Source: Eledone cirrhosa (Eukaryota). Taken from it: DNA of 64,000 nt. This document shows, piece by piece, positions 15,250 through 28,200 of this stretch. The notes under the pieces are model-generated. The model saw only the letters and a list, made by a program, of their open reading frames with translations, did no database searches and had not been told where the DNA came from. Both the position numbers and the translations under genes were made by a program. Positions within the stretch are counted from its first letter, which is position 1. Each line of letters begins with the position of its first letter. The stretch is taken from contig OZ024750.1 in the NCBI GenBank assembly GCA_964016885.1, positions 41,230,001 through 41,294,000 on the forward strand. Direction: 5' to 3'.

Positions 15250-17220
15250 CACAATGAAATGTACCTAGTACACTCTGTAGAGTGGTTAGGGTTATGAAAG
15301 GCGTCCAGCCAAAGAAACCATGTCAAAAATGGAACATAGAACCTGTCACGTCTTGGACTGTGATGATCTGTCCAGCCCATGCCAGTATGGAAAACATAAG
15401 AATGATGATGATGATGATGATGAATTGGAAATATTTACTGATAGTAAAATAAATTCATTTTTGTTAAGAATAATTAGGCAAAATAATTTTGCTGGCCCAC
15501 TGTCCTGGGCTGCTACTTTATTTTATCAACCTCAAAAGTATGGAAGGTAAAGTTCACCTTGGTGGGATTTGGACCCATAGTGCAAAGAGACAGAACAAAT
15601 ACCACAAGGCATTTAGTCCTATGCTTTAAGTCTGTTAACTCACCACAGCAATCACATCACTTATGAAGAAATCTCACAGATCTGTCTCACACTGAAATAT
15701 TTGATAAAATTATTGAAAAATAAAAACTATATAAAAAGAGCAAGACACTTTGTTTCTCCAGTTCAGTGTGTCCTTGAGCAAGACACTTTATTTCACGTTG
15801 CTCCAGTTTACTCAGCTGTAGACATGTGTTGCAACATCACTGGTGCCAAGCTGTATCAGCCTTTGCCTTTCCCTTGGACAACATCCTATATAATGTATAT
15901 ACAGTCAGTAGGCACCTCTTAATCAAATATACACCCCCATCCCACTAACCAAACTACCCCACCAACACCACCCCTTTCTCTGTAAAGTTATGTTGGTACC
16001 ACAACATCCAGTCCTAAATAAATGAGGTTGAGTAGGTGTCACAACAAAGAAACACACAGTCCACGCTGTAATGTGGCCGTGTAGGTAACACGGTAAAAAC
16101 CTCCCAGTCCACACTGTAAACGTGGTTGGTGTTAGGAAGGGCATCCAGCCGTAGAAAACCCGCCAGACAGTCCCATACGAGCTAGATGACCAATCTTGCC
16201 TCAAGTGGGACAATTCCCGTCTAAACCCATGCTAGCGTGGAAGATAGACGTTAAACGATGATGATGATGATAGTGTATATAAAATGTATGTATATGTTGT
16301 GAAGTCACTGGTGCCAAGCTGTATTGGCCTTTGTCTTTCCCTTGGACAATGTCAGTGGTGTGGTGAGAGGAGACTGGTATGCAGGAGTGACTGCTGGTCT
16401 TCCACAAAAAGACAACTTGCCCGGGTTTGTGCCTCGAAAGGGAAACTTTCTAGGTACAAATCCCATGGTCATTCATGACCAAAACAGGGCTGGGAGCCGA
16501 TCTTTACACATTACCCTGTAAAAAGAATTCAACTTCTTTCAGTGGCTTTCATTCAGTAAACTGATTCTTCATCAATTGCTCCAAAACAAAAACAAGGTCA
16601 TTGTGTTTCAATGCTATTGGTATTTGAACGATAATATAATTAGATATAATTACATTGGTAAACATCTAAAATATCTTTTTGGAAGTTTTCAAATTACCTT
16701 CAATCTCTATTGTAAATAATTTTTCAAGAACTGGTAATCAGAAAGCTTATTAACTAAATCAACAGGCAGAGGGAATTTTGTCTATCTAGGAGTCATTTTT
16801 ATAAAACTTGGCAGAAAAACACATTTTTTTAAAATGTCACTAGTCAACACTAAATATCATCATTATCCTCATCACCACCATATGTCTATTTTTACACACT
16901 TGCATGGGTTAGACAGGCTGTCACTTTACGAAACAGATCCAGTACGGAGGCCACATCTTACTCATATAGATCTGTATTTTGGTTTGGTTTCTAAGGCTAG
17001 ATGTCATTCCTAACACCAGCCAGTGTGGACTGGGTGCTTTTTATCATGGTACAGAAACAACCATCTTATAGGACAAACAGTGCTTTCGGTCATGTCGCCA
17101 AACACGACCACCTTACAGTGTGGACCGAGCGCCTTTTGTTGTGTCACTAGCACGACCACCTACAAGGTAGACTGGGCACTTTTTGTCATGTCATCAGCAT
17201 GACCACATTACAGTGTGACT
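15250..17220. mobile_element. Cluster of SINE fragments (approx. 15250-15422 +, 15480-15640 -, 15760-15890 +, 16010-16270 +, 16295-16520 +, 16855-17220 -)
   Basis: Recurring motifs GGCATCCAGC, (GAT)n tails, TGTCCTTGAGCAAGACACTT and CACTGGTGCCAAGCTGTAT. Confidence 0.65.
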
Positions 17221-17591
17221 TGACTCCCCCCCACCCACTAGCACTCCCTAACAGTTATTCTCAACTTCACTACTTCAACCCCCCTCCCACACACACACAC
17301 ACACATTCCTGGCAGATAACCCCCTACCCCCATCCCCCCCCAGGAAGTGGTTGGTGATAGAAAGGGCATCCAGCCATAGAAAACAAGCCAAACAAAGGGT
17401 TGGAAGGACCCTTCAGTTGTGTCAAAGACATGACAACCTCTCCTGAGTGAGAGGATGTGAGACTACATAAGTGAGACACAGGTCCCTGGACTGCCTAGGA
17501 GATTAGTGGCTCCACTTCCATACTGACTTGGTCTATATGAACCTGTCCAACCCTTGCTAGCCAATAAAGAGGGCGTTAAAATGACTCTGGT

Positions 17592-17840
17592 GATATATAA
17601 AACGAAAATGTCTGTCTGTCTGTATGCAGGTGATCCATTTCCAGTTTCCATCCAATTTTGTTCAAACTTGATACACAAGTTATTTAGCTCCTGGAGCATA
17701 TCAACATATAGTTTAAATCTTGCTCTCCTCTGAAATAGCAAAGTTCTGGGGCTATTTAAAGATGGCCATGTTGAGGAGAGAGGTTGTCTTTATTTACAGA
17801 GGCGAAAGGTGTGCTCGGCAACGAAGGGCTCTTTTGCTAG
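17592..17840 (+). mobile_element. Putative non-autonomous Helitron
   Basis: 5' TATATAAAA..AAAATGTCTGTCTGTCTGT; 3' hairpin GCTCGGCAACGAAGGGC followed by CTAG|T, the canonical Helitron 3' architecture. Confidence 0.6.
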
Positions 17841-17871
<31 letters not shown>

Positions 17872-18076
17872 CCCTAAGGTAGAGATAAAACTTGGCCGTT
17901 TGGACTGCTGCTATTTCTAGTGGCAGGACATTGACCTGTCCACGCTGCCTTTTGTCTTTGCACAGACCACCAGACGGAATTATTTCTTTTATCATTCACT
18001 CGCATCTGGGAATGGTTCTGTATGGCGTCAGTTTGTGATTTGAACTCGGGAATTTTATATTCTCCGAGTGAGAAGA

Positions 18077-18152
18077 GCCTTCTGAAGATGGTTCCCTTCT
18101 CAATGGAAGTCCGCTTGGATTATCTGTTTATTCTGGAAACCGCGGTAAAGGC
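18077..18152 (+). ncRNA. Minimal type-I hammerhead ribozyme (Penelope-like) in a (TA)n-flanked cassette
   Basis: Stem I GCCTT/AAGGC, CTGAAGA core (18082-18088), GAAA (18136-18139), palindromic stem III ACCGCGGT, cleavage triplet GUA; stem II weak. Confidence 0.7.
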
Positions 18153-18220
18153 ACATATAGTAAGTACAGCGAATTTTTTTTAATTTATTTTAAAACTTTT
18201 TCTCTATTTGCTAGACTTTG

Positions 18221-18265
<45 letters not shown>

Positions 18266-18454
18266 ATGGTTTGGTAAAGATATCCAAGGTGGGACGAGTT
18301 TTTAATATATTATTAAATTCTACAACAAAGACATAACAGGGACCTGCAAGTGGAATAAGTTGCGTTTACTCAACGAAATGTGTTCCTGCATTTCTTTGTG
18401 TTATGTCTTCATTGTAGTAATATATATATATCTATATATTTATATATATAAAGT

Positions 18455-18635
18455 ACCCAGTCCACCCTGTAAGGTAGTAGTGCTGGTGCCATGATGAATA
18501 GAACACCCAGTCCACCCTGTAAAGTGGTAGTGCTGGTGCCATGATGAATAGAACACCCAGTCCACCCTGTAAAGTGGTAGTGCTAGTGCCATGATGTATA
18601 GCACCCAGTCCACCCTGTAAGGTGGTAGTGCTGGT
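18455..18635 (+). repeat. 50-bp tandem repeat (~3.6 copies), related to the SINE-internal repeat
   Basis: CACCCAGTCCACCCTGTAA(A/G)GTGGTAGTGCTGGTGCCATGATG repeated with a 50-bp period. Confidence 0.9.
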
Positions 18636-18957
18636 AGGCCCTATAGAAGTGGTTGATAGCTTCCGGTATCTAGGTGATCAGATTAGCATGGAGCGAGGGG
18701 GGGGGGTCCGAGGCCATAGTATCTAGAACAAGAACGGGTTGGAAGAAGTTTAGGGAACTGCTTCCTCTGTTGACAAAGAAGTGTTTCTCCCTACCAACGA
18801 AAGGCCGGTTATATGATGCCTGTGCGCGATGCTGCATGGTAGTGAGACATGGGCAACAACTGTGGAGGATATGCGACAGCTGGAGTGAAATGAAGCAAGC
18901 ATGCTCCATTGAATGTGCATGAACGACCAAACATCGACGAGTTGAGAGAGAAACTGT
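18636..18957 (+). mobile_element. RTE LINE fragment
   Basis: EVVDSFRYLGDQIS...SRTRTGWKKFRELLPLLTKK...KGRLYDAC, the post-RT region of RTE-clade ORFs. Confidence 0.85.
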
Positions 18958-19180
18958 GTATTACTATGCAGCATCACGCATCTCACACAGGCATCAAATA
19001 ACCGGCCTTTCATTTGTAGGGAGAAACCCTTCTTTGTTAACAGAGGAAGTAGCTCCCTAAACATCTTCCAACCCATCCTTATTCTAGATACTATGGCCTC
19101 GGAGCACCCTCCTCCCTTGCTAATCTGATCACCTAGGTATCTGAAGCTATCAACCACCTCTATAGATCCTACCTGTATTT
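18958..19180 (-). mobile_element. RTE LINE fragment, inverted relative to the adjacent copy
   Basis: ORF 18750..19157: VVDSFRYLGDQISKGGGCSEAIVSRIRMGWKMFRELLPLLTKKGFSLQMKGRLFDACVRCVMLH. Confidence 0.85.
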
Positions 19181-19272
19181 AAAAAATGTGTCTATCACTG
19201 ACACTTCTACTATATAATTTCTCTGAACATCTATCACAGTGCATGTATTTTACAAGCTGAACAAAGACGAGT

Positions 19273-22200
19273 GTAGCTACTAGTTACAAGTGGACATGAC
19301 TAAGGTAGCTACTAGTTACAAGTGGACATGACTAAGGTAGCTACTAGTTACAAGTGGACATGACTAAGGTAGCTACTAGTTACAAGTGGACATGACTAAG
19401 GTAGCTACTAGTTACAAGTGGACATGATTAAGGTAGCTACTAGTTACAAGTGGACATGACTAAGGTAGCTACTAGTTACAAGTGGACATTACTAAGGTAG
19501 CTACTAGTTACAAGTGGACATGACTAAGGTAGCTACTAGTTACAAGTGGACATTACTAAGGTAGCTATTAGTTACAAGCTGGACATTACTAAGGTAGCTA
19601 CTAGTTACAAGTGGACATTACTAAGGTAGCTACTAGTTACAAGTGGACATGACTAGGGTAGCTACTAGTTACAAGTGGACATGACTAAGGTAGCTACTAG
19701 TTACAAGTGGACATGACTAAGGTAGCTACTAGTTACAGGCTGGACATGACTAAGATAGGTACTAGTTACAAGTGGACATTACTAAGGTAGCTACTAGTTA
19801 CAAGCTGGACATTACTAAGGTAGCTACTAGTTACAAGTGGACATGACTAAGGTAGCTACTAGTTACAAGTGGACATTACTAAGGTAGCTACTAGTTACAA
19901 GTGGACATGACTAAGGTAGCTACTAGTTACAAGTGGACATTACTAAGGTAGCTACTAGTTACAAGCTGGACATTACTAAGGTAGCTACTAGTTACAAGTG
20001 GACATGACTAGGGTAGCTACTAGTTACAAGTGGACATGACTAAGGTAGCTACTAGTTACAAGTGGACATGACTAAGGTAGCTACTAGTTACAGGCTGGAC
20101 ATGACTAAGATAGGTACTAGTTACAAGTGGACATTACTAAGGTAGCTACTAGTTACAAGCTGGACATTACTAAGGTAGCTACTAGTTACAAGTGGACATG
20201 ACCAAGGTAGCTACTAGTTACAAGTGGACATTACTAAGGTAGCTACTAGTTACAAGTGGACATGACTAAGGTAGCTACTAGTTACAAGTGGACATGACTA
20301 AGGTAGCTACTAGTTACAAGTGGACATGACTAAGGTAGCTACTAGTTACAAGTGGACATGACTAAGGTAGCTACTAGTTACAAGTGGACATGACTAAGGT
20401 AGCTACTAGTTACAAGTGGACATGACTAAGGTAGCTACTAGTTACAAGTGGACATTACTAGGGTAGCTACTAGTTACAGGCTGAACATGACTAAGGTAGC
20501 TACTAGTTACAAGTGGACATTACTAAGGTAGCTACTAGTTACAGGTGGACATGACTAAGATAGGTACTAGTTACAAGTGGACATTACTAGGGTAGCTACT
20601 AGTTACAGGCTGGACATGACTAAGGTAGCTACTAGTTACAAGTGGACATTACTAAGGTAGCTACTAGTTACAAGTGGACATCACTAAGGTAGCTACTAGT
20701 TACGAGTGGACATGACTAAGGTAGCTACTAGTTACAGGCTGGACATGACTAAGATAGCTACTAGTTACAAGTGGACATTACTAGGGTAGCTACTAGTTAC
20801 AAGTGGACATTACTAAGGTAGCTACTAGTTACAAGTGGACATTACTAGGGTAGCTACTAGTTACAGGCTGGACATGACTAAGGTAGCTACTAGTTACAGG
20901 CTGGACATGACTAAGGTAGCTACTAGTTACAGGTGGACATTACTAAGGTAGCTACTAGTTACAAGTGGACATTACTAAAGTAGCTACTAGTTACAGGTGG
21001 ACATTACTAAGGTAGCTACTAGTTACAGGCTGGACATGACTAAGGTAGCTACTAGTTACAAGTGGACATTACTAAAGTAGCTACTAGTTACAGGTGGACA
21101 TTACTAAGGTAGCTACTAGTTACAGGCTGGACATGACTAAGGTAGCTACTAGTTACAAGTGGACATTACTAAGGTAGCTACTAGTTACAAGTGGACGTTA
21201 CTAAGGTAGCTACTAGTTACAAGTGGACATTACTAAGGTAGCTACTAGTTACAAGTGGACATTACTAAGGTAGCTACTAGTTACAAGTGGACATTACAAA
21301 GGTAGCTACTAGTTACAAGTGGACATTACTAAGGTAGCTACTAGTTACAAGTGGACATTACTAAGGTAGCTACTAGTTACAAGTGGACATCACTAAGGTA
21401 GCTACTAGTTACAAGTGAACATGACTAAGGTAGCTACTAGTTACAGGTGGACATTACTAAGGTAGCTACTAGTTACAAGTGGACATTACAAAGGTAGCTA
21501 CTAGTTACAAGTGGACATTACTAAGGTAGCTACTAGTTACAAGTGGACATTACTAAGGTAGCTACTAGTTACAAGTGGACATTACTAAGGTAGCTACTAG
21601 TTACAAGTGGACATTACTAAGGTAGCTACTAGTTACAAGTGGACATCACTAAGGTAGCTACTAGTTACAAGTGAACATGACTAAGGTAGCTACTAGTTAC
21701 AGGTGGACATTACTAAGGTAGCTACTAGTTACAAGTGGACATTACAAAGGTAGCTACTAGTTACAAGTGGACATTACTAAGGTAGCTACTAGTTACAAGT
21801 GGACATTACTAAGGTAGCTACTAGTTACAAGTGGACATTACTAAGGTAGCTACTAGTTACAAGTGGACATTACTAAGGTAGCTACTAGTTACAAGTGGAC
21901 ATTACAAAGGTAGCTACTAGTTACAAGTGGACATTACTAAGGTAGCTACTAGTTACAAGTGGACATTACTAAAGTAGCTACTAGTTACAAGTGGACATTA
22001 CTAAGGTAGCTACTAGTTACAAGTGGACATTACTAAGGTAGCTACTAGTTACAAGCTGGACATGACTAAGGTAGCTACTAGTTACAAGTGGACATTACTA
22101 AGGTAGCTACTAGTTACAAGTGGACATGACTAAGGTATATTTCTTTTATTTGCCACTAGGGCATCAAAAGTGGGACAAGTACAAAGGGGGAGTTTACACA

Positions 22201-25200
22201 AAAAGGCGTCCTCAATAAGGAGGAGGCAATAACAAAATATAAAAATAAAATAAGATATAACAAAAAATAAAATTTTTAACAAAATCCTCAATAGAGAGGA
22301 GGCGCCTTGGGGGGTCGCACACACCCCCGAAAAAAGTGTGCAACCCTTCTCCTCAGGAGCACAGAGAAGGGGTGCTCCCTTGGTCTTTCATCTTCCTCAC
22401 CTATAGTCTGATGTAGAGTGAAGGCCCATTCACACGGGCCATTCTCGCCACTTTCACCCATCTTTCATAGAAACGGTTGGGGTGCAGCACCTCTCTCTCC
22501 ATCCTGATCCTTCTTCCGAAATGATATCGGAAGAAACGGACCAGTTGTTGGCCAGAGAGAAAGGTGCCCGACCTCAGTCCTTTCAGACGCGTCCACCATA
22601 CAACCTCTTTCGCCATGGCGCACAAGTGGACATGACTAAGGTAGCTACTAGTTACAAGTGGACATGACTAAGGTAGCTACTAGTTACAAGTGGACATGAC
22701 TAAGGTAGCTACTAGTTACAAGTGGACATGACTAAGGTAGCTACTAGTTACAAGTGGACATTACTAAGGTAGCTACTAGTTACAAGTGGACATTACTAAG
22801 GTAGCTACTAGTTACAAGTGGACATTACTAGGGTAGCTACTAGTTACAAGTGGACATTACTAAGGTAGCTACAAGTTACAAGTGGACATGACTAAGGTAG
22901 CTACTAGTTACAAGTGGACATTACTAAGGCAGCTACTAGTTACAAGCTGGATATTACTAAGGTAGCTACTAGTTACAAGTGGACATTACTAAGGTAGCTA
23001 CTAGTTACAGCTGGACATTACTAAGGTAGCTACTAGTTACAAGTGGACATGACTAATGTAGCTACTAGTTACAAGTGGACATGAGTAAGGTAGCTACTAG
23101 TTACAAGTGGACATTACTAAAGTAGCTACTAGTTACAGGTGGACATTACTAAGGTAGCTACTAGTTACAAGCTGGACATTACTAAGGTAGCTACTAGTTA
23201 CAGGTGGACATTACTAAGGTAGCTACTAGTTACAAGTGGACATTACTAAAGTAGCTACTAGTTACAAGTGGACATTACTAAAGTAGCTACTAGTTACAAG
23301 TGGACATTACTAAGGTAGCTACTAGTTACAAGTGGACATTACTAAGGTAGCTACTAGTTACAAGCTGGACATTACTAAGGTAGCTACTAGTTACAGGTGG
23401 ACATTACTAAGGTAGCTACTAGTTACAAGTGGACATTACTAAGGTAGCTACTAGTTACGTGTGGACATTACTAAGGTAGCTACTAGTTACAAGTGGACAT
23501 TACTAAGGTAGCTACTAGTTACAAGTGGACATGACTAAGGTAGCTACTAGTTACAAGTGGACATGACTAAGGTAGCTACTAGTTACAAGTGGACATGACT
23601 AATGTAGCTACTAGTTACAAGTGGACATGACTAAAGTAGCTACTAGTTACAAGTGGACATGACTAATGTAGCTACTAGTTACACGTGGACATGACTAAGG
23701 TAGCTACTAGTTACAAGCTGGACATTACTAAGGTAGCTACTAGTTACAAGTGGACATTACTAAGGTAGCTACTAGTTACAAGTGGACATGACTAGGTAGC
23801 TACTAGTTACAAGTGGACGTTACTAATGTAGCTACTAGTTACAAGTGGACGTTACTAATGTAGCTACTAGTTACAAGTGGACATTACTAAGGTAGCTACT
23901 AGTTACAAGTGGACATGACTAAGGTAGCTACTAGTTACAAGTGGAGATGACTAAGGTAGCTACTAGTTACAAGTGGACATGACTAAGGTAGCTACTAGTT
24001 ACAAGTGGACATGACTAAGGTAGCTACTAGTTACAAGTGGACATGACTAAGGTAGCTACTAGTTACAAGTGGACATTACTAAGGTAGCTACTAGTTACAA
24101 GTGGACATTACTAAGGTAGCTACTAGTTACAAGTGGACATTACTAGGGTAGCTACTAGTTACAAGTGGACATTACTAAGGTAGCTACAAATTACAAGTGG
24201 ACATGACTAAGGTAGCTACTAGTTACAGGCTGGACATGACTAAGGTAGCTACTAGTTACAAGTGGACATTACTAAGGTAGCTACTAGTTACAAGTGGACG
24301 TTACTAAGGTAGCTACTAGTTACAAGCTGGATATTACTAAGGTAGCTACTAGTTACAAGTGGACGTTACTAAGGTAGCTACTACTTACAAGTGGACATTA
24401 CTAAGGTAGCTACTAGTTACAAGTGGACATTACTAAGGCAGCTACTAGTTACAAGCTGGATATTACTAAGGTAGCTACTAGTTACAAGTGGACATTACTA
24501 AGGTAGCTACTAGTTACAGCTGGACATTACTAAGGTAGCTACTAGTTACAAGTGGACATGACTAATGTAGCTACTAGTTACAAGTGGACATGAGTAAGGT
24601 AGCTACTAGTTACAAGTGGACATTACTAAAGTAGCTACTAGTTACAGGTGGACATTACTAAGGTAGCTACTAGTTACAAGCTGGACATTACTAAGGTAGC
24701 TACTAGTTACAGGTGGACATTACTAAGGTAGCTACTAGTTACAAGTGGACATTACTAAAGTAGCTACTAGTTACAAGTGGACATTACTAAAGTAGCTACT
24801 AGTTACAAGTGGACATTACTAAGGTAGCTACTAGTTACAAGTGGACATTACTAAGGTAGCTACTAGTTACAAGCTGGACATTACTAAGGTAGCTACTAGT
24901 TACAAGCTGGACATTACTAAGGTAGCTACTAGTTACAGGTGGACATTACTAAGGTAGCTACTAGTTACAAGTGGACATTACTAAGGTAGCTACTAGTTAC
25001 GTGTGGACATTACTAAGGTAGCTACTAGTTACAAGTGGACATTACTAAGGTAGCTACTAGTTACAAGTGGACATGACTAAGGTAGCTACTAGTTACAAGT
25101 GGACATGACTAAGGTAGCTACTAGTTACAAGTGGACATGACTAATGTAGCTACTAGTTACAAGTGGACATGACTAAAGTAGCTACTAGTTACAAGTGGAC

Positions 25201-28200
25201 ATGACTAATGTAGCTACTAGTTACAAGTGGACATGACTAAGGTAGCTACTAGTTACACGTGGACATGACAAAGGTAGCTACTAGTTACAAGCTGGACATT
25301 ACTAAGGTAGCTACTAGTTACAAGTGGACATTACTAAGGTAGCTACTAGTTACAAGTGGACATGACTAGGTAGCTACTAGTTACAAGTGGACGTTACTAA
25401 TGTAGCTACTAGTTACAAGTGGACGTTACTAATGTAGCTACTAGTTACAAGTGGACATTACTAAGGTAGCTACTAGTTACAAGCTGGACATGACTAAGGT
25501 AGCTACTAGTTACAAGTTGGACATGACTAATGTAGCTACTAGTTACAGGCTGGACATGACTAAGGTAGCTACTAGTTACAAGTGGACATGACTAATGTAG
25601 CTACTAGTTACAAGTGGACATTACTAAGGTAGCTACTAGTTACAAGCTGGACATTACTAAGGTAGCTACTAGTTACAAGTGGACATTACTAAGGTAGCTA
25701 CTAGTTACAAGTGGACATTACTAAGCTAGCTACTAGTTACAAGTGGACATGACTAAGGTAGCTACTAGTTACAAGCTGGAGATTACTAAGGTAGCTACTA
25801 GTTACAAGTGGACATTACTAAGGTAGCTACTAGTTACAAGTGGACATGACTAAGGTAGCTACTAGTTACAAGTGGACATCACTAAGGTAGCTACTAGTTA
25901 CAAGTGGACATTACTAAGGTAGCTACTAGTACAAGTGGACATGACTAAGGTAGCTACTAGTTACAGGCTGGACATGACTGAGATAGCTACTAGTTACAAG
26001 TGGACATTACTAGGGTAGCTACTAGTTACAGGCTGGACATGACTAAGGTAGCTACTAGTTACAAGTGGACATTACTAGGGTAGCTACTAGTTACAAGTGG
26101 ACATTACTAAGGTAGCTACTAGTTACAAGTGGACGTTACTAAGGTAGCTACTAGTTACAAGTGGACATTACTAAGGTAGCTACTAGTTACAAGTGGACAT
26201 TACTAAGGTAGCTACTAGTTACAGGCTGGACATGACTAAGGTAGCTACTAGTTACAAGTGGACATTACTAAGGTAGCTACTAGTTACAAGTGGACATTAC
26301 TAAGGTAGCTACTAGTTACAAGTGGACGTTACTAAGGTAGCTACTAGTTACAAGTGGACATTACTAAGGTAGCTACTAGTTACAAGTGGACATTACTAAG
26401 GTAGCTACTAGTACAAGTGGACATGACTAAGGTAGCTACTAGTTACAGGCTGGACATGACTGAGATAGCTACTAGTTACAAGTGGACATTACTAGGGTAG
26501 CTACTAGTTACAGGCTGGACATGACTAAGGTAGCTACTAGTTACAAGTGGACATTACTAAGGTAGATACTAGTTACAAGTGGACGTTACTAAGGTAGCTA
26601 CTAGTTACAAGTGGACATTACTAAGGTAGCTACTAGTTACAAGTGGACATGACTAAGGTAGCTACTAGTTACAAGTGGACATTACTAAGGTAGCTACTAG
26701 TTACAAGTGGACGTTACTAAGGTAGCTACTAGTTACAAGTGGACATTACTAAGGTAGCTACTAGTTACAAGTGGACATTACTAAAGTAGCTACTAGTTAC
26801 AAGTGGACATTACTAAAGTAGCTACTAGTTACAAGTGGACATTACTAAGGTAGCTACTAGTTACAAGTGGACATTACTAAGGTAGCTACTAGTTACAAGT
26901 GGACATTACTAAGGTAGATACTAGTTACAAGTGGACGTTACTAAGGTAGCTACTAGTTACAAGTGGACATTACTAAGGTAGCTACTAGTTACAAGTGGAC
27001 ATGACTAAGGTAGCTACTAGTTACAAGTGGACATTACTAAGGTAGCTACTAGTTACAAGTGGACGTTACTAAGGTAGCTACTAGTTACAAGTGGACATTA
27101 CTAAGGTAGCTACTAGTTACAAGTGGACATTACTAAAGTAGCTACTAGTTACAAGTGGACATTACTAAAGTAGCTACTAGTTACAAGTGGACATTACTAA
27201 GGTAGCTACTAGTTACAAGTGAACATTACTAAGGTAGCTACTAGTTACAAGTGGACATTACTAAGGTAGCTACTAGTTAGAAGTGGACATTACTAAGGTA
27301 GCTACTAGTTACAAGTGGACATTACTAAGGTAGCTACTAGTTACAAGTGGACATTACTAAGGTACCTACTAGTTACAGGCTGGACATGACTAAGGTAGCT
27401 ACTAGCTACAAGTGGACATGACTAAGGTAGCTACTAGTTACAGGCTGGACATGACTAAGGTAGCTACTAGTTACAAGCTGGATATTACTAAGGTAGCTAC
27501 TAGTTACAAGTGGACATTACTAAGGTAGCTACTAGTTACAGGTGGACATTACTAAGGTAGCTACTAGTTACAAGCTGGACATTACTAAGGTAGCTACTAG
27601 TTACAAGTGGACATTACTAAAGTAGCTACTAGTTACAGGCTGGACATGACTAAGGTAGCTACTAGTTACAAGTGGACATGACTAATGTAGCTACTAGTTA
27701 CAAGTGGACATGACTAATGTAGCTACTAGTTACAAGTGGACATGACTAATGTAGCTACTAGTTACAAGTGGACATGACTAATGTAGCTACTAGTTACAAG
27801 TGGACATGACTAATGTAGCTACTAGTTACAAGTGGACATGACTAAGGTAGCTACTAGTTACACGTGGACATTACTAGGGTAGCTACTAGTTACACATGGA
27901 CATGACTAAGGTAGCTACTAGTTACAAGTGGACGTTACTAATGTAGCTACTAGTTACAAGTGGACATTACTAAGGTAGCTACTAGTTACAAGCTGGACAT
28001 TACTAAGGTAGCTACTAGTTACAAGCTGGACATGACTAATGTAGCTACTAGTTACAAATGGACATTACTAAGGTAGCAACTAGTTACAAGCTGGACATGA
28101 CTAATGTAGCTACTAGTTACAAATGGACGTTACTAATGTAGCTACTAGTTACAAGTGGACATTACTAAGGTAGCTACTAGTTACAAGTGGACATTACTAA

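Noticed and set aside
22125-22140. Satellite motif TAAGGTAGC equals the 28S rDNA R2/I-PpoI target, and the insertion sits there
   Set aside because: The match is only 9 bp, the insert is oriented opposite to R2 insertions, has a long TSD and encodes a Tx1-like rather than R2-like C-terminus. Likely coincidence.
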